The notes below the pieces were generated by a model. That model made no database searches and had not been told where the DNA came from. It saw nothing but the letters and a program-made list of their open reading frames with translations. 64,000 bases of DNA from contig JABDBX010000001.1 of the NCBI GenBank assembly GCA_013288445.1, forward strand, positions 4,838-68,837, given 5' to 3'. Positions 30,095 through 40,758 of this stretch are shown in pieces; the stretch's first letter is position 1; every line of letters begins with the position of its first letter. The position numbers and the translations under genes were made by a program. This DNA is from Bacteroidota bacterium (GTDB lineage Bacteria; Bacteroidota; Bacteroidia; Chitinophagales; Chitinophagaceae).

Positions 30095-30117
30095 AAAAAT
30101 TGAACGAACTTATAGAA

Positions 30118-30158
30118 ATGAACCGGGTATGGCGTCAGCTACCCGGTTCATTTATTTT
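30118..30158. terminator. Bidirectional terminator-like hairpin
   Basis: AATGAACCGGGTA...TACCCGGTTCATT plus T-rich tail between convergent genes. Confidence 0.6.
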
Positions 30159-30159
30159 A

Positions 30160-30329
30160 TACTATACACGAGATAAGTTAGTGCATTTCGTCACATATAG
30201 GCCATCCAGCGCGAGTTCGATGGGCGATGCCCATCGCTATTAGATTTCACCCTTGCAGGGCTGCAGGCATATAGTTAGCGTTTCCCTATCATTTTTCAAC
30301 AACGCAACAAAACTATACCGTGCAAAGTA
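30160..30329. mobile_element. MITE family D (TA-flanked, IS630/Tc1-like ends) carrying a REP-like cargo
   Basis: TA|TACTATACACGAGATAAG ... CTATACCGTGCAAAGTA|TA imperfect TIRs; internal CGATGGGCGATGCCCATCG and CCCTTGCAGGG hairpins. Confidence 0.75.
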
Positions 30330-30337
30330 TAGCTCTT

Positions 30338-30871
30338 TTATTCTATCGAGGTAATTATTATCAATTCCTCCTCGTCATTATCCTGCTCCATTACATTGGC
30401 TATAGCCTCGTTCATCATGTCCACCATATTACCGGGCATTGGCTGTATTATCACTATCTCTTCTGTCATTTGTTCAACTGGTTTCTTTGCAGTTTGCTTT
30501 TTACCTGCGGCTTTCTTAGCCACTACTTTTTTTGGTGCAGCTTTTTTTGGTGCGGCCTTTTTAGGTGCCGCTTTTTTTGCAGGTGCTTTTTTAGCCGGCG
30601 CACTTTTTTTCACAGCTTTTTTGGGGGCGGTCTTCCTAGGAGCTACTTTCTTTGGCGCTGCTTTTTTTACCGCTTTTTTGACAACCACTTTCTTTGCAGG
30701 CGCGCTTTTCTTAACAGCTTGTTTGGGTGCAGCTTTCTTAGCGGGTGCACTTTTTTTAGCTGCTTTTTTAGGTGCGGCTTGTTTAGCTGGAACAATCTTT
30801 TTTACTGCCTTTTTTGGAGCAGCCTTTTTAGGCGCTGATTTCTTTGCGGCTTGTTTTTTTGAAGTTGCCAT
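30338..30871 (-). CDS. Histone H1-like Lys/Ala/Pro-rich protein
   Basis: Many KKAAPKK repeats and an acidic C-terminal tail. Confidence 0.8.
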   Translation of the reverse strand: MATSKKQAAKKSAPKKAAPKKAVKKIVPAKQAAPKKAAKKSAPAKKAAPKQAVKKSAPAKKVVVKKAVKKAAPKKVAPRKTAPKKAVKKSAPAKKAPAKKAAPKKAAPKKAAPKKVVAKKAAGKKQTAKKPVEQMTEEIVIIQPMPGNMVDMMNEAIANVMEQDNDEEELIIITSIE

Positions 30872-31069
30872 GACTGAAAAATTTGTTAGTGATGAGATAA
30901 AAATGCTTTGGTTAGGAAATTTAGTTCAAGTTAAGCAAACAAAATAAAATTATCCTACTGTAAAACGAAAATTATTTTTTGGTGAATTATTTTGTTGTCG
31001 TCACTTCGCTAACGCAGATCCTTTTTACACTGGTTGGGTGAGCAGCATTCGTCCCAAACTTTTTAAGTG

Positions 31070-31260
31070 AAAGGGCCAAATCCCAAAGGGATTAACGTTT
31101 ATAGAAAACCCCGGGGTATTAAAACCGATGCTGAAGGCATCGCACTACCCCATATCATAGATACCCCCGCTTTGTATAGTACGATACCTTCGGCATCGGC
31201 TGTACTCTTTCTATATTACTATAAACGTTTGATGCATTCAGCATCGACCAGCATGATTTT
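31070..31260. repeat. Family B REP-like units, head-to-head pair
   Basis: AACGTTTATAGAAAA...GATGCTGAAGGCATCGCACTA (inverted) followed by TAGTACGATACCTTCGGCATCG...CTATAAACGTTTGATGCATTCAGCATC. Confidence 0.75.
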
Positions 31261-31385
31261 TACATATTGTTCATGCCATAATAATCGTTCTGAACGGATT
31301 GGGATGGCAATAATCCCACATCTTTTCACAAAAAATCCCGGCACTCATGCCGGGATCAAGTAAAAAATATGGTAGTGAACCCGCT

Positions 31386-32459
31386 TTAGAAAGTTTGGTA
31401 TTGCAGGCTATATACAATAGTGGTTACATTGCCCAGAAGGTCTTTAGTGGTCACCACGTTTTGGGTTATCTTGCTATCGGCATCAATGGTAGGCACAATG
31501 GTCGTAGTATAATATGGGGTTGTAATGGTTTTTATAAGGTGTGAATTGTTATAGATATTGGAGCCATAAATGCTGAAGGATTCCAACTGCAGGTAATCGC
31601 CTACCCTGTTGGGCAGATCCTTGTACACATCGTAAGACTGTGTAGCGCCAAGACTTATAGGGAAAACACATGTGCGGGTAAATATATTGTTACCATCAGT
31701 TGCATACACACTAACAGGGTACTGGGTTTGTGTATTCAGTACATCTGATTTTGACGATGCATTATGGTTTACCACCCCAGGAGTAGGAGAGAATGTGACC
31801 CATGTTACCACCAGCGGCACCACAAGTATCGTATCCCGCGGATCGCCTACAGGGAATATAGGTCTTATACCGGAATCAGGAAAGGTTGCATGGTAATTGC
31901 CATCAAAGCTTTGCTGATAAAGATCGCCGTTATTAGCGGTGAAAGCCAGGTTAGCAGTGATCGTAGTGCCAGAATCGTTGTAAGTTATCGCTTCGTTCGT
32001 GAGCAACTTCCCGTTATACGAAAAAGTGTTGGAAACAGAAGGCACAGAACCGAAATAGGCATTTGTTACCTGGCTGTTTGCATTTTGTGTGAAGCTATCT
32101 ATCTCCACCGGTATCTCCGACTTTAGCTGTGTCGTAGTTTTCATTATTACAGGCCCAACATAGCTAAAATTGCTGGACAAATACTGATGACCGGAAGTAG
32201 CTAAATTCGAATCGTTAGATGTATAGATGATCTGGCTTACCCGGCCATAGCCATCATAGAAAAATGTATAATTCTCCGTTATGGTTGGGGCAAGTGTAGG
32301 AGGGGAAATAATACCATAGGAAGTAACTTTAGTATAACTAAGCAGCCTGTAATTACTTGGGGTAGCATAATTGGAATGAACTGGCTTTTTGCACGATGAC
32401 CCTATAACAGAAAGGGCCACAACTAATGCAGCAAAGTATAGCGATTGCGTTTTTTTCAT
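31386..32459 (-). CDS. Putative lipoprotein (beta-rich, YD/DUF4595-like)
   Basis: Lipobox SSC-KK; FFYDGYGRV and FSYNGKLL motifs. Confidence 0.65.
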   Translation of the reverse strand: MKKTQSLYFAALVVALSVIGSSCKKPVHSNYATPSNYRLLSYTKVTSYGIISPPTLAPTITENYTFFYDGYGRVSQIIYTSNDSNLATSGHQYLSSNFSYVGPVIMKTTTQLKSEIPVEIDSFTQNANSQVTNAYFGSVPSVSNTFSYNGKLLTNEAITYNDSGTTITANLAFTANNGDLYQQSFDGNYHATFPDSGIRPIFPVGDPRDTILVVPLVVTWVTFSPTPGVVNHNASSKSDVLNTQTQYPVSVYATDGNNIFTRTCVFPISLGATQSYDVYKDLPNRVGDYLQLESFSIYGSNIYNNSHLIKTITTPYYTTTIVPTIDADSKITQNVVTTKDLLGNVTTIVYSLQYQTF

Positions 32460-32661
32460 ACAGCTTTTTTAAACAATGGAACTCAAAAATAGTAAATAAC
32501 CTCAATAGTCAATAGCAAATGAAGCTAATAACTTCATTTGTAAACGACTACCGGATTTTCTAAAAAATAAAAATACAAAAAAAACGCGAAAATATAGACA
32601 CGTTATTTAATCAATTTGAAAACTTTGTAAGGTTTATCGTAATTTTATGGAAAGGTTTTTT

Positions 32662-32883
32662 ATGAAAATATATAATCTTACCGTAGTAATAGAAAAAGAT
32701 GAGGATGGTGTTTTCTTGGCGATATGCCCGGCTTTGCAGGGTTGCTATGCTGATGGGGAAACCGTAGAAGAAGCTCTAAGGATGATTGAGCCGGTAATTA
32801 AAATGCATATAGAAGATAGATTAGAAAATAATGAGGCAATACCGGAAGAAATGTATTCATCCCAACTGAAAATTGCAGTATGA
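32662..32883 (+). CDS. hicB: HicB family antitoxin (short)
   Basis: VVIEKDEDGVFLAICPALQGCYADGETVEEAL. Confidence 0.9.
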   Translation: MKIYNLTVVIEKDEDGVFLAICPALQGCYADGETVEEALRMIEPVIKMHIEDRLENNEAIPEEMYSSQLKIAV

Positions 32884-33107
32884 GTCCCCGGCATCCTGTT
32901 ATAAATGGAAAGCAACTAGCCAAAGCCCTTGAAAAGAAGGGCTTTGTATTTACACGCCAATGTGGTAGCCATGCTATTTATAAAAACAAGTTCAATGCAC
33001 GTGTTACCGTTCCAATACATGAAAAAAAGGACATTCCTACTGGTACTTTATTGCAAATATTAACCGATGCCAAAATCTCTTTCGATGAACTAAAGAAACT
33101 GCTTTAG
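32880..33107 (+). CDS. hicA: HicA family mRNA interferase toxin
   Basis: LEKKGF..RQCGSHAIY...VTVPIH..DIPTGTL..IL; ATGA overlap with hicB. Confidence 0.92.
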   Translation: MSPRHPVINGKQLAKALEKKGFVFTRQCGSHAIYKNKFNARVTVPIHEKKDIPTGTLLQILTDAKISFDELKKLL

Positions 33108-33118
33108 CTTCCCATTTC

Positions 33119-34498
33119 CTACAACCCTTTTACAAAATCTATGAGCAGGTGCGCCACATCGTCCACATGGTTTAGGGTAAGTGATTGTGGTTTGTCAAAA
33201 ACATCGTGGTAAAAACCCGGGCCGCCATCGGAATAAACGAAAAAAGAAGGAACCCCGGCATTTGTGAAATAATAGTGGTCGCTATTAGCTGCCGGACCCC
33301 GGCTGAAAATTGCGGGAACGTATTTTTCCTTGTCATTAATAAATTTGAGAAAATCGAATTGCTCGGGAAATTTTGTGGCATTTACTACCGTTATACCATC
33401 AGATGCATCGCCCATGATATCAATGTTTGTAAGGAATTTAATGTTTTTTAATGGCACAAACGGGCTGGAAACGTAAAATTCTGACCCCATCAGCCCCGCT
33501 TCTTCGCCGCCGAAAGAAATAAACAATATAGAATAGTGCGGCGGGTGTTTTGTGAAGAACGAGGCCAGGTATAGCATCACGGCCGAGCCGCTGGCATTAT
33601 CACTTGCCCCCGGAAAGTAAGTAGCATTGCCCATCATCCCCAGGTGGTCGTAGTGGGAAGTAAACGCTATAAAGGTATCGCTAACCTGGCCCCTTACGCA
33701 GCCTATTATGTTCTCGCTGTGGGCATGTGGTAGATAAACGGCCTGCTCATCAACAGACACCTTTTTTACTTTCCCGTGCAGCGCATCCTGCAGCACATAG
33801 AACACCGTAGCGGCAATCGTATCCCTGCTCACCGTCCAGGTTAGTTTCTTTTCTTCGGGGATAATAAAGCAGCCCTTGGGCAAAAGCGCAGAGAACTCAT
33901 CCTTCTTCACATGCAGCACTTTATGCAGTAAGGTATCGCCGTTTTTCAGAAAGTAAGCGTGGCCGTCGTCCACCGCGGCCATCGTTTGCAGCCAGGTGGC
34001 GCTGTCGGTAATATCATCAAGGTCTATTCTTACTACAGGAAGGTCGTTCTTAACTAATGACGGGCTGGAAGCGTCAATAATATAATCTTCTCCCGGCCTA
34101 AGCTCTGTGCCGTTCACGGACAGGTACATTTTTCCCGGAAAGGTGTTCACCGGGAATGCATAGCCCTGCTGGTAAGTGCCACCGGGCCTTACGGGCTGCA
34201 GGTGCAATTCTTTGAATCTTTTCAGCATATATTTAGCAGCGCTATCCCGGCCGCCATTCACGTACCCCCTGCCAAACATATCTGGCGCCGCAAGTTTTGC
34301 CAACTCTACGCCTATCCAGTGCTTGTCAGATTCCGCTTTGGCCTTCATCAGGCTCACTTTGGGCTTTTTGGCATGCGTGGCGGTATCTGCAATTTTTTTC
34401 TCTGGCGGGGCCGGTTGAGGCGCCGGGCTCTCCTGTGCGTTGGCATGGAGTGCAAAGATCAGTAATGCAAGTGAGAGGCATGTGGTAAGCTTATTCAT
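33119..34498 (-). CDS. M28 family peptidase
   Basis: Signal peptide, SHYDHLG, GASDNASG, GEEAGLMGS, NSDH, YHDVFD. Confidence 0.92.
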   Translation of the reverse strand: MNKLTTCLSLALLIFALHANAQESPAPQPAPPEKKIADTATHAKKPKVSLMKAKAESDKHWIGVELAKLAAPDMFGRGYVNGGRDSAAKYMLKRFKELHLQPVRPGGTYQQGYAFPVNTFPGKMYLSVNGTELRPGEDYIIDASSPSLVKNDLPVVRIDLDDITDSATWLQTMAAVDDGHAYFLKNGDTLLHKVLHVKKDEFSALLPKGCFIIPEEKKLTWTVSRDTIAATVFYVLQDALHGKVKKVSVDEQAVYLPHAHSENIIGCVRGQVSDTFIAFTSHYDHLGMMGNATYFPGASDNASGSAVMLYLASFFTKHPPHYSILFISFGGEEAGLMGSEFYVSSPFVPLKNIKFLTNIDIMGDASDGITVVNATKFPEQFDFLKFINDKEKYVPAIFSRGPAANSDHYYFTNAGVPSFFVYSDGGPGFYHDVFDKPQSLTLNHVDDVAHLLIDFVKGL

Positions 34499-34602
34499 AG
34501 AAGAGGCAAAAGGGAAATCATCTCCGCCCTGCAAGTGCAAAATAATTATTTTTCGCGAGAATAGCGGGCAGGGAATTCTTCGGAATTACGCTTGCCTGTC
34601 AA

Positions 34603-34744
34603 TAGCCCCGCGCCTTTAGGCCGGGGGAGAGAAAGAAGCCCTGTGGCTTTAGCCGAAATTACTCCTGCAAGAACGATTGTGTTGTGTACTTTTGGCTAAA
34701 GCCGATTATACTTTCAGCAGTCCCCGGTCTAATGACCGGGGCAA
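34603..34744. repeat. Family A REP-like composite
   Basis: TAGCCCCGCGCCTTTAGGCCGGGG, GGCTTTAGCCGAA...TTGGCTAAAGCC, CCCCGGTCTAATGACCGGGGC. Confidence 0.82.
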
Positions 34745-34783
34745 CTAAGGGACCTGGACGGGCTAATTAAACCAATTTTCATC

Positions 34784-35419
34784 ATGCCACTTTTAAAAGA
34801 ATGGGAGATAGGCGATCACGGGCTTGCCGCTATCTGGAAGATAGAGGAGCCGGAATCTTTTTTCAGAGCGCAAACGGGCATAGAATCTGCGATAAAGAAT
34901 GAACAAAGAAGGATAGAACACCTGGCCGGGCGGTTTTTGCTAAAACATTTGAAAGAGGATTTTCCGCTGCATACGATCAGTAAAGACGAACACGACAAAC
35001 CCCGGATAGAAGATAACGACCGCTTTTTCTCCATATCCCACTCCTGGCCTTATGTGGCCGCAGTAATAGATCCTTATAACGAGGCCGGCATAGACATACA
35101 GACATGGCATGATAAAATAGAACGGATACAGCATAAATTTCTATCGCCCGAAGAGCAGTATCTTTTCAATAATGACCCTCAACTGTTGGCCCTTGCCTGG
35201 AGCGCAAAGGAAGCAGCCTATAAATGGAATGGCAAGCGTGGGGTTGATTTTATAGAACATTTACCAATAACATATTTCGGTAATAAAGGAGCCAATTATG
35301 AAATGACGATTTACTTTAAATTATCTGGAATGCCCAAAATGATATTTATAGAAAGCATTATAAATACTGATTTTGCTTGCTCTTACGTGGGAAATGTGCA
35401 GGACTGGGAAATATATTAA
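34784..35419 (+). CDS. 4'-phosphopantetheinyl transferase superfamily protein
   Basis: KP...SISHS, GIDIQ, WSAKEAAYK. Confidence 0.88.
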   Translation: MPLLKEWEIGDHGLAAIWKIEEPESFFRAQTGIESAIKNEQRRIEHLAGRFLLKHLKEDFPLHTISKDEHDKPRIEDNDRFFSISHSWPYVAAVIDPYNEAGIDIQTWHDKIERIQHKFLSPEEQYLFNNDPQLLALAWSAKEAAYKWNGKRGVDFIEHLPITYFGNKGANYEMTIYFKLSGMPKMIFIESIINTDFACSYVGNVQDWEIY

Positions 35420-35518
35420 TGCTGTAGATTTAATTTTAATATTATGTATTAATGAAAATTTTTGAAGAAAAGTACAAAAATTGAAAGGATTGTGTAGATT
35501 TGCACAAAATTTAATATT

Positions 35519-37714
35519 ATGTCTTCTTTACGTTTTCAGGCCATACAGGCGTTATCTAATGTCGAAGAAAAAAAAATACATGGGTACGGGGAAAAAAGGA
35601 TCACTGCTATATTTGGCAGTAACGTATTCACTGGCCGCACCATTCGCGAATACCTGAGCGATGAGGCTTACAAAAGCCTTATGAATTCCGCAAAATCGGG
35701 TTCAAGGGTTGACCGCCGGATAGCCGACCAGGTAGCAGCGGGCATGAAGGCATGGGCCGAAGAAAGGGGCGTAACCCATTTCACCCACTGGTTTCAGCCG
35801 CTTACCGGCACCACAGCCGAAAAACATGACTCTTTCTTCACCATCAAGAGCGATGGCACGGCCATAGAGCTTTTTGATGGCGATGCACTTATACAGCAGG
35901 AACCAGATGCTTCCAGCTTTCCTAACGGCGGCATCCGTGCTACATTTGAGGCCCGTGGATATACCGCGTGGGATCCTTCATCTCCAGCGTTCATTATGGA
36001 AGCAGGCTCAGGCAAGACACTCTGCATACCTACTATATTTATTGCCTACAATGGCGAATCGCTCGATTACAAGGCACCTCTGTTGAAGTCTATAGCTGCT
36101 CTTGATAAGGCCGCTGTTGACGTTTGCCATTACTTCGATAAGAATGTAAGTAAAGTAACAGCAACTCTCGGTTGGGAACAAGAGTATTTTGTGATAGACG
36201 AAGCGCTGGCAAATGCCCGCCCCGACCTGATGATGTGTGGCCGCACACTGGTAGGCCATGGCCCGGCAAAAGGGCAGCAGCTTGAAGACCATTATTTCGG
36301 GTCTATACCAGAGCGTGTATATGCCTTTATGCAGGATTTTGAACAGGAATCTTATAAGCTGGGCATACCGCTACGCACCCGCCACAACGAGGTAGCGCCA
36401 TCGCAGTTTGAGTGCGCACCGATATTTGAAGAATGCAACATAGCGGTGGACCATAACACCCTGCTGATGGATGTGATGAACAAAGTAGCAAAGCGCCATA
36501 AGCTAAAAGCATTGCTGCATGAGAAGCCATTTGCCGGCATTAACGGATCGGGCAAACACAACAACTGGAGCCTGGCTACAGATACGGGTGTAAACCTCTT
36601 GTCGCCAGGGAAGACACCTCGCACCAACCTCATGTTCCTTACCTTTTTTGTGAATGCAATAAAGGCAGTACATGATTATGACGATCTGTTGCGCGGCGCT
36701 ATCGCATCGGCTAATAACGATCATCGCCTGGGCGCAAATGAAGCGCCACCGGCCATTATCTCGGTATATATAGGCAAGTTCCTCAGCGATGTGCTGGACG
36801 AAGTGGAGTCGAGGGTAAAAGAGAAATTCAGCGAGCAGGATGAGGTGATATTGAAATTGGACATTCACAAGCAGATCCCAGAACTGCTGATGGACAATAC
36901 CGACCGTAACCGTACCAGCCCTTTTGCATTCACAGGTAATAAGTTTGAATTCCGTGCGGTAGGCTCATCGGCCAATTGCGCATCTCCAATGGTGGTGCTG
37001 AATACCATAATGGCAGAGACGCTGAAGCAGTTCAAAAAAGATGTGGACGCCCTTATAGAAAAAGGAGAGAAGAAGGAAATTGCAGTGCTGCAGGTATTGC
37101 GCGACTACATAGCTAAGTCGAAAAAAATAAGGTTTGAAGGCGACAACTACAGCCCGGAATGGGCAGATGAGGCAGAACGTCGCGGCCTGAACAATTTCAA
37201 GACCACGCCGGAAGCGCTGCACGCGTTTGTAACGGAGAAAGGCAAGCAGGTATTTTACGATAATGGCATCTACAGCAAGCGCGAACTGGAAGCCCGCCAC
37301 GAAATAATGCTGGAAGACTATGTAAAGAAGGTGCAGATAGAAGCCCGCATCATAGGCTACCTGGCTACAAACCATATTCTGCCGGCAGCCATCAACTACC
37401 AGAACACGCTGATACAAAATGTGCGCGGCCTTAAAGAAATGGGGCTGGACAAGAACAGCTACAAAGCGCAGCTAAACCTGGTGGAAGTAATAAGCGGCCA
37501 CATACAGAACATAAATGATAATGTGGAAGCCATGCTGGAGGCGCGCAAAAAAGCAAATGACGTTGCAGACATGCACGAGCGCGCATTGAAATACTGCCAC
37601 GAAGTGAAACCCTACTTCGATAAAATACGCTACCATTCTGATAAACTGGAACTGGTAGTGGATGATAAGCTCTGGCCATTGCCAAAGTACAGGGAACTGT
37701 TGTTTATGAGGTAA
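35519..37714 (+). CDS. glnN: Glutamine synthetase type III
   Basis: HFTHWFQPLTG, EPDASSFPNGG, HNEVAPSQFE, HEKPFAGINGSGKHNNWS, DRNRTSPFAFTGNKFEFR; TAGATTTG box at 35495-35502. Confidence 0.95.
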   Translation: MSSLRFQAIQALSNVEEKKIHGYGEKRITAIFGSNVFTGRTIREYLSDEAYKSLMNSAKSGSRVDRRIADQVAAGMKAWAEERGVTHFTHWFQPLTGTTAEKHDSFFTIKSDGTAIELFDGDALIQQEPDASSFPNGGIRATFEARGYTAWDPSSPAFIMEAGSGKTLCIPTIFIAYNGESLDYKAPLLKSIAALDKAAVDVCHYFDKNVSKVTATLGWEQEYFVIDEALANARPDLMMCGRTLVGHGPAKGQQLEDHYFGSIPERVYAFMQDFEQESYKLGIPLRTRHNEVAPSQFECAPIFEECNIAVDHNTLLMDVMNKVAKRHKLKALLHEKPFAGINGSGKHNNWSLATDTGVNLLSPGKTPRTNLMFLTFFVNAIKAVHDYDDLLRGAIASANNDHRLGANEAPPAIISVYIGKFLSDVLDEVESRVKEKFSEQDEVILKLDIHKQIPELLMDNTDRNRTSPFAFTGNKFEFRAVGSSANCASPMVVLNTIMAETLKQFKKDVDALIEKGEKKEIAVLQVLRDYIAKSKKIRFEGDNYSPEWADEAERRGLNNFKTTPEALHAFVTEKGKQVFYDNGIYSKRELEARHEIMLEDYVKKVQIEARIIGYLATNHILPAAINYQNTLIQNVRGLKEMGLDKNSYKAQLNLVEVISGHIQNINDNVEAMLEARKKANDVADMHERALKYCHEVKPYFDKIRYHSDKLELVVDDKLWPLPKYRELLFMR

Positions 37715-37739
37715 TAAATGGGGAAATTAAATTAACGAA

Positions 37740-37772
37740 AGCAAAGCCGCCTGATACAAAGGCGGCTTTGCT
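37740..37772 (+). terminator. Terminator-like hairpin after GS-III
   Basis: 13-bp stem AGCAAAGCCGCCT / AGGCGGCTTTGCT; weak U tail. Confidence 0.6.
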
Positions 37773-37849
37773 GTGATTTGCGACATGCATTGTAGCTGAA
37801 AAACATTTATTTTTAACTCTTACAAGGTAGCATACATCATCACTCCCGC

Positions 37850-38929
37850 ATGATCAAAAAGATCGTTGCCTATATATTGATCACATTTGGCCTTACGGCG
37901 TTATGGGCGTCCACATCGCGTAGCGCTATGGCATACCTCTATAAAAAAAGAGTTGCAGGCACATGGTGGGGTGTATATCCCGAAGATCATGGCGACTTAG
38001 TCAGTCTCTCTTACCTTGACTTTGTAAATGCGTTTAAACACAATGCTGGCTCCCCGCTAACCAAAAGGCCATACGACGGACCAGCCAATATGGTACTATA
38101 CCTGGATGGCGATAGCTACACCTGGCAACTGGGGCCGGCTTTGCTCAACGGCCTTTCAGCATATCACTATATCAGCAGGTATGAGCCTTCCCATTATACA
38201 CTGGATACCACAAAACGCAATATTCTCGTTATAGAAATAGCTGAGCGCATGCTCCGGCAATACTTCGACTCGGTGCGCATGATCTACGACCTTTCCGATG
38301 CCAACAATGGAAACCATGCGGCAGACCGGCCCGTACCTGTATATACGTCAAACGATGGCCCTTCGCCTTCGTTGGCTGCATTTGGCTTGTTCAATAACAA
38401 TATCAACCAGAACCTGCAGTTCAATCTGTTCAATTACCGGTGGATAATGCCATTGTTTGAATCGAAAGCGGCTTTAAATTATTACATTTTCAAAAGGGCA
38501 TCAGGCCGGGTAGAAATATCTGATGATGGCACTTTTTTGTTCCTTAAAGAAACGGTAAGTAATACAGGGTTGTTATCCTCCTATTCCCGCCTGGCTCCCA
38601 GTGACATCAATATCCTCGTTAACAACCTCAATTTTATTTATGGTCATTTTAAAGCTTCCGGGTTTGAAGAAATTTATTTATCTATTATCCCAAATTCAGC
38701 TACTATTGTACAACCACAAAAATACAACAACCTTATTCCGCTGGTACAAAATGACCCTGGCCTAAAAATGAAGGTCATTGACGTATATTCAGTTTTCCGG
38801 GCATCGGGCCAACAACTGTACCTTGCAGGGGATACTCATTGGAACAATGCCGGAATGCAGTTGTACATTGACCTGTTAAATCAGGTGATCGAAATGCGTA
38901 ACAATATCGGGGATAGTGCTGGTCATTAA
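37850..38929 (+). CDS. AlgJ/AlgX-like SGNH O-acyltransferase, paralog 1
   Basis: N-terminal TM, HGDLVSLSYL, GDSY (Ser), GDTHWN (Asp/His). Confidence 0.72.
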   Translation: MIKKIVAYILITFGLTALWASTSRSAMAYLYKKRVAGTWWGVYPEDHGDLVSLSYLDFVNAFKHNAGSPLTKRPYDGPANMVLYLDGDSYTWQLGPALLNGLSAYHYISRYEPSHYTLDTTKRNILVIEIAERMLRQYFDSVRMIYDLSDANNGNHAADRPVPVYTSNDGPSPSLAAFGLFNNNINQNLQFNLFNYRWIMPLFESKAALNYYIFKRASGRVEISDDGTFLFLKETVSNTGLLSSYSRLAPSDINILVNNLNFIYGHFKASGFEEIYLSIIPNSATIVQPQKYNNLIPLVQNDPGLKMKVIDVYSVFRASGQQLYLAGDTHWNNAGMQLYIDLLNQVIEMRNNIGDSAGH

Positions 38930-39066
38930 AAAACTCAATTTTAACTGACGTTCTTTTTCTCAGGCTCTTATATTGTTCGCGGCAGCCACACTTTTGTAGT
39001 GCGGCACATCTTCGTATAAAACCATATCTTTAGAGCGAAATATCCCGTCAAAAAAACGAAAGTAGT

Positions 39067-40752
39067 ATGCTGCTTAAATACGAAAAGAAAATAGAGGATA
39101 CTCGCTTTTCGGGCCTGTGGGTATTTTGCTTTTTGTGGGCAGTAATATTTGTTTTGTACCTGCCTGCTGCCAGATCAGGGATGGAGGGGGATTTCCCCTA
39201 TTGGGTGCTATCCACCAGGGAAAGCTTTGGCGATTATGTAAATACGAGGTCCTCCAGCGTGCATAGCCTGTACCAGTTCACCGAAATAGCCATGTACTGC
39301 ATTTATAAGCTCTTTGGCTTAAACGCATGGTTATGGCATTTGCTACAGGTCACCCTACATGCAGTGGTATGCTTGCTGCTTTATCACTTGTGCCGAACAA
39401 TTTTCACTGACTCGCGCACCGGGTATCCGAATATTACAGCATTTGCCGGCACATTCCTTTTTTGCATTGCGCCCCACGCTTCGGAGGTTGTGGTAAGGGA
39501 GTCCTGTTACCACTACCTGCAGGGGTTCATATTCATCCTGGCCATTTTGACCTGGATGGTCAGGTATTTAAAGACCGGGCAGCCAAAGTATGCCTGGTAT
39601 GCCGGAGTTGTTTATGCCATTTCCATATTTTCCCTGGAGATCTTTTACCTCACGCCACTGTATGTACTGGCGGTAGCCGTTTATTACCGGCTGGTGCTGA
39701 ACTACGACAAGAAAGCATTCAGAAGTACGCTATCCCTTTTCCTGATTCCGCAGTTACTGTTGTTCTGCCTTCACCTGGCACTTATGCGCATGGTTTGGGG
39801 AAACGGTATAGCCCATGTAGGCTTGCCAAAATTCAGTGACCCCATTATTTATTTTAACAGGCAGATCATGTACCTGTTCCATATTGTATGCCTGGGCAGG
39901 TACTTCCCCGAGCAGGTAAAAGGAAAGATATATGCGCTCTGTAATTCAGCGCCTGTAGTCATTGCTTTTTATTGCGTAGTAGCTTTGATCGGCTGTTTAG
40001 TCGTTCGTTACAGTTCCAGAATGCAAGCAAAAAGCAAGGCTGTGGTGCTGTTTCTTATTATGGCAGCATTAGCTATCTGTATGCTCATACCTTTAGATTT
40101 TCCGGGCACACTCTACATAATAGGCGACCGTTACAACTATGTGCCTTTTGCATTTATCTCTATGGCATTTGTATTGATGATTAGTTTTATTCCCTACAGG
40201 TTCGTTGCCTTTTTAGTATATTCTATCTACCTCCTGTTCAATTTGTATTATACAGTCAAGACGAACGTGTACTGGCACCGGTCTGCATCCATCACCAGGA
40301 AATTATTGACAACAGTGCCAGTGGAGGCAAATAAAAAATTGTTGTTGCTGAACCTGCCTACAAGCATGAGAGGGGCACTAATGATAAGAACACACGACCC
40401 AAGTGAATTCAAACTAATGAACAATCTCTTTTATGAGAAGAATAAGGTAACTAATGATGTATATGATGTTTGCGCCTACAATATGATCCATCGGGAGGAT
40501 GGGGCACATGTGACCGTATGCAACGACAGTGTAGTGCATGTAACGCTGAACCAATGGGGAAGCTGGTGGTGGAACGGCGACCTGGGGGCAAGCAGCTATG
40601 AAAATGACCAGTTCAAGATGAACATGACCGATGTAGGGCATTGGTATGAGTTAACGCTCCGGCACCCCGCTTCGGAATACCTGATGTTGTACCAGGTGGG
40701 CGACCAATGGAAAGTCGTTGACTGGTCGAAGAAAAACGTTGATCAAAACTAA
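39067..40752 (+). CDS. GT-C-like multi-pass membrane protein, paralog 1
   Basis: LYLPAA..G..GD first loop, FG.N.W.WHLLQV.LH, APHASEVV, DRY, C-terminal Trp-rich soluble domain. Confidence 0.6.
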   Translation: MLLKYEKKIEDTRFSGLWVFCFLWAVIFVLYLPAARSGMEGDFPYWVLSTRESFGDYVNTRSSSVHSLYQFTEIAMYCIYKLFGLNAWLWHLLQVTLHAVVCLLLYHLCRTIFTDSRTGYPNITAFAGTFLFCIAPHASEVVVRESCYHYLQGFIFILAILTWMVRYLKTGQPKYAWYAGVVYAISIFSLEIFYLTPLYVLAVAVYYRLVLNYDKKAFRSTLSLFLIPQLLLFCLHLALMRMVWGNGIAHVGLPKFSDPIIYFNRQIMYLFHIVCLGRYFPEQVKGKIYALCNSAPVVIAFYCVVALIGCLVVRYSSRMQAKSKAVVLFLIMAALAICMLIPLDFPGTLYIIGDRYNYVPFAFISMAFVLMISFIPYRFVAFLVYSIYLLFNLYYTVKTNVYWHRSASITRKLLTTVPVEANKKLLLLNLPTSMRGALMIRTHDPSEFKLMNNLFYEKNKVTNDVYDVCAYNMIHREDGAHVTVCNDSVVHVTLNQWGSWWWNGDLGASSYENDQFKMNMTDVGHWYELTLRHPASEYLMLYQVGDQWKVVDWSKKNVDQN

Positions 40753-40758
40753 TTGTTA

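Noticed and set aside
30320-30947. + strand ORFs of 172 and 183 aa
   Set aside because: Antisense shadows of the low-complexity H1-like gene.
31067-31363. 98-aa ORF, and likewise 60040-60276, 49948-50193 and 13427-13672
   Set aside because: These are translations of REP/MITE repeats.
32662-33107. hicBA order with a short HicB as a novelty
   Set aside because: This is a known arrangement of HicAB loci.
35519-37714. GS-III or the PPTase-like gene as part of the acylation cluster
   Set aside because: These are housekeeping-type genes with their own promoter and a hairpin before the cluster; adjacency alone is not evidence.
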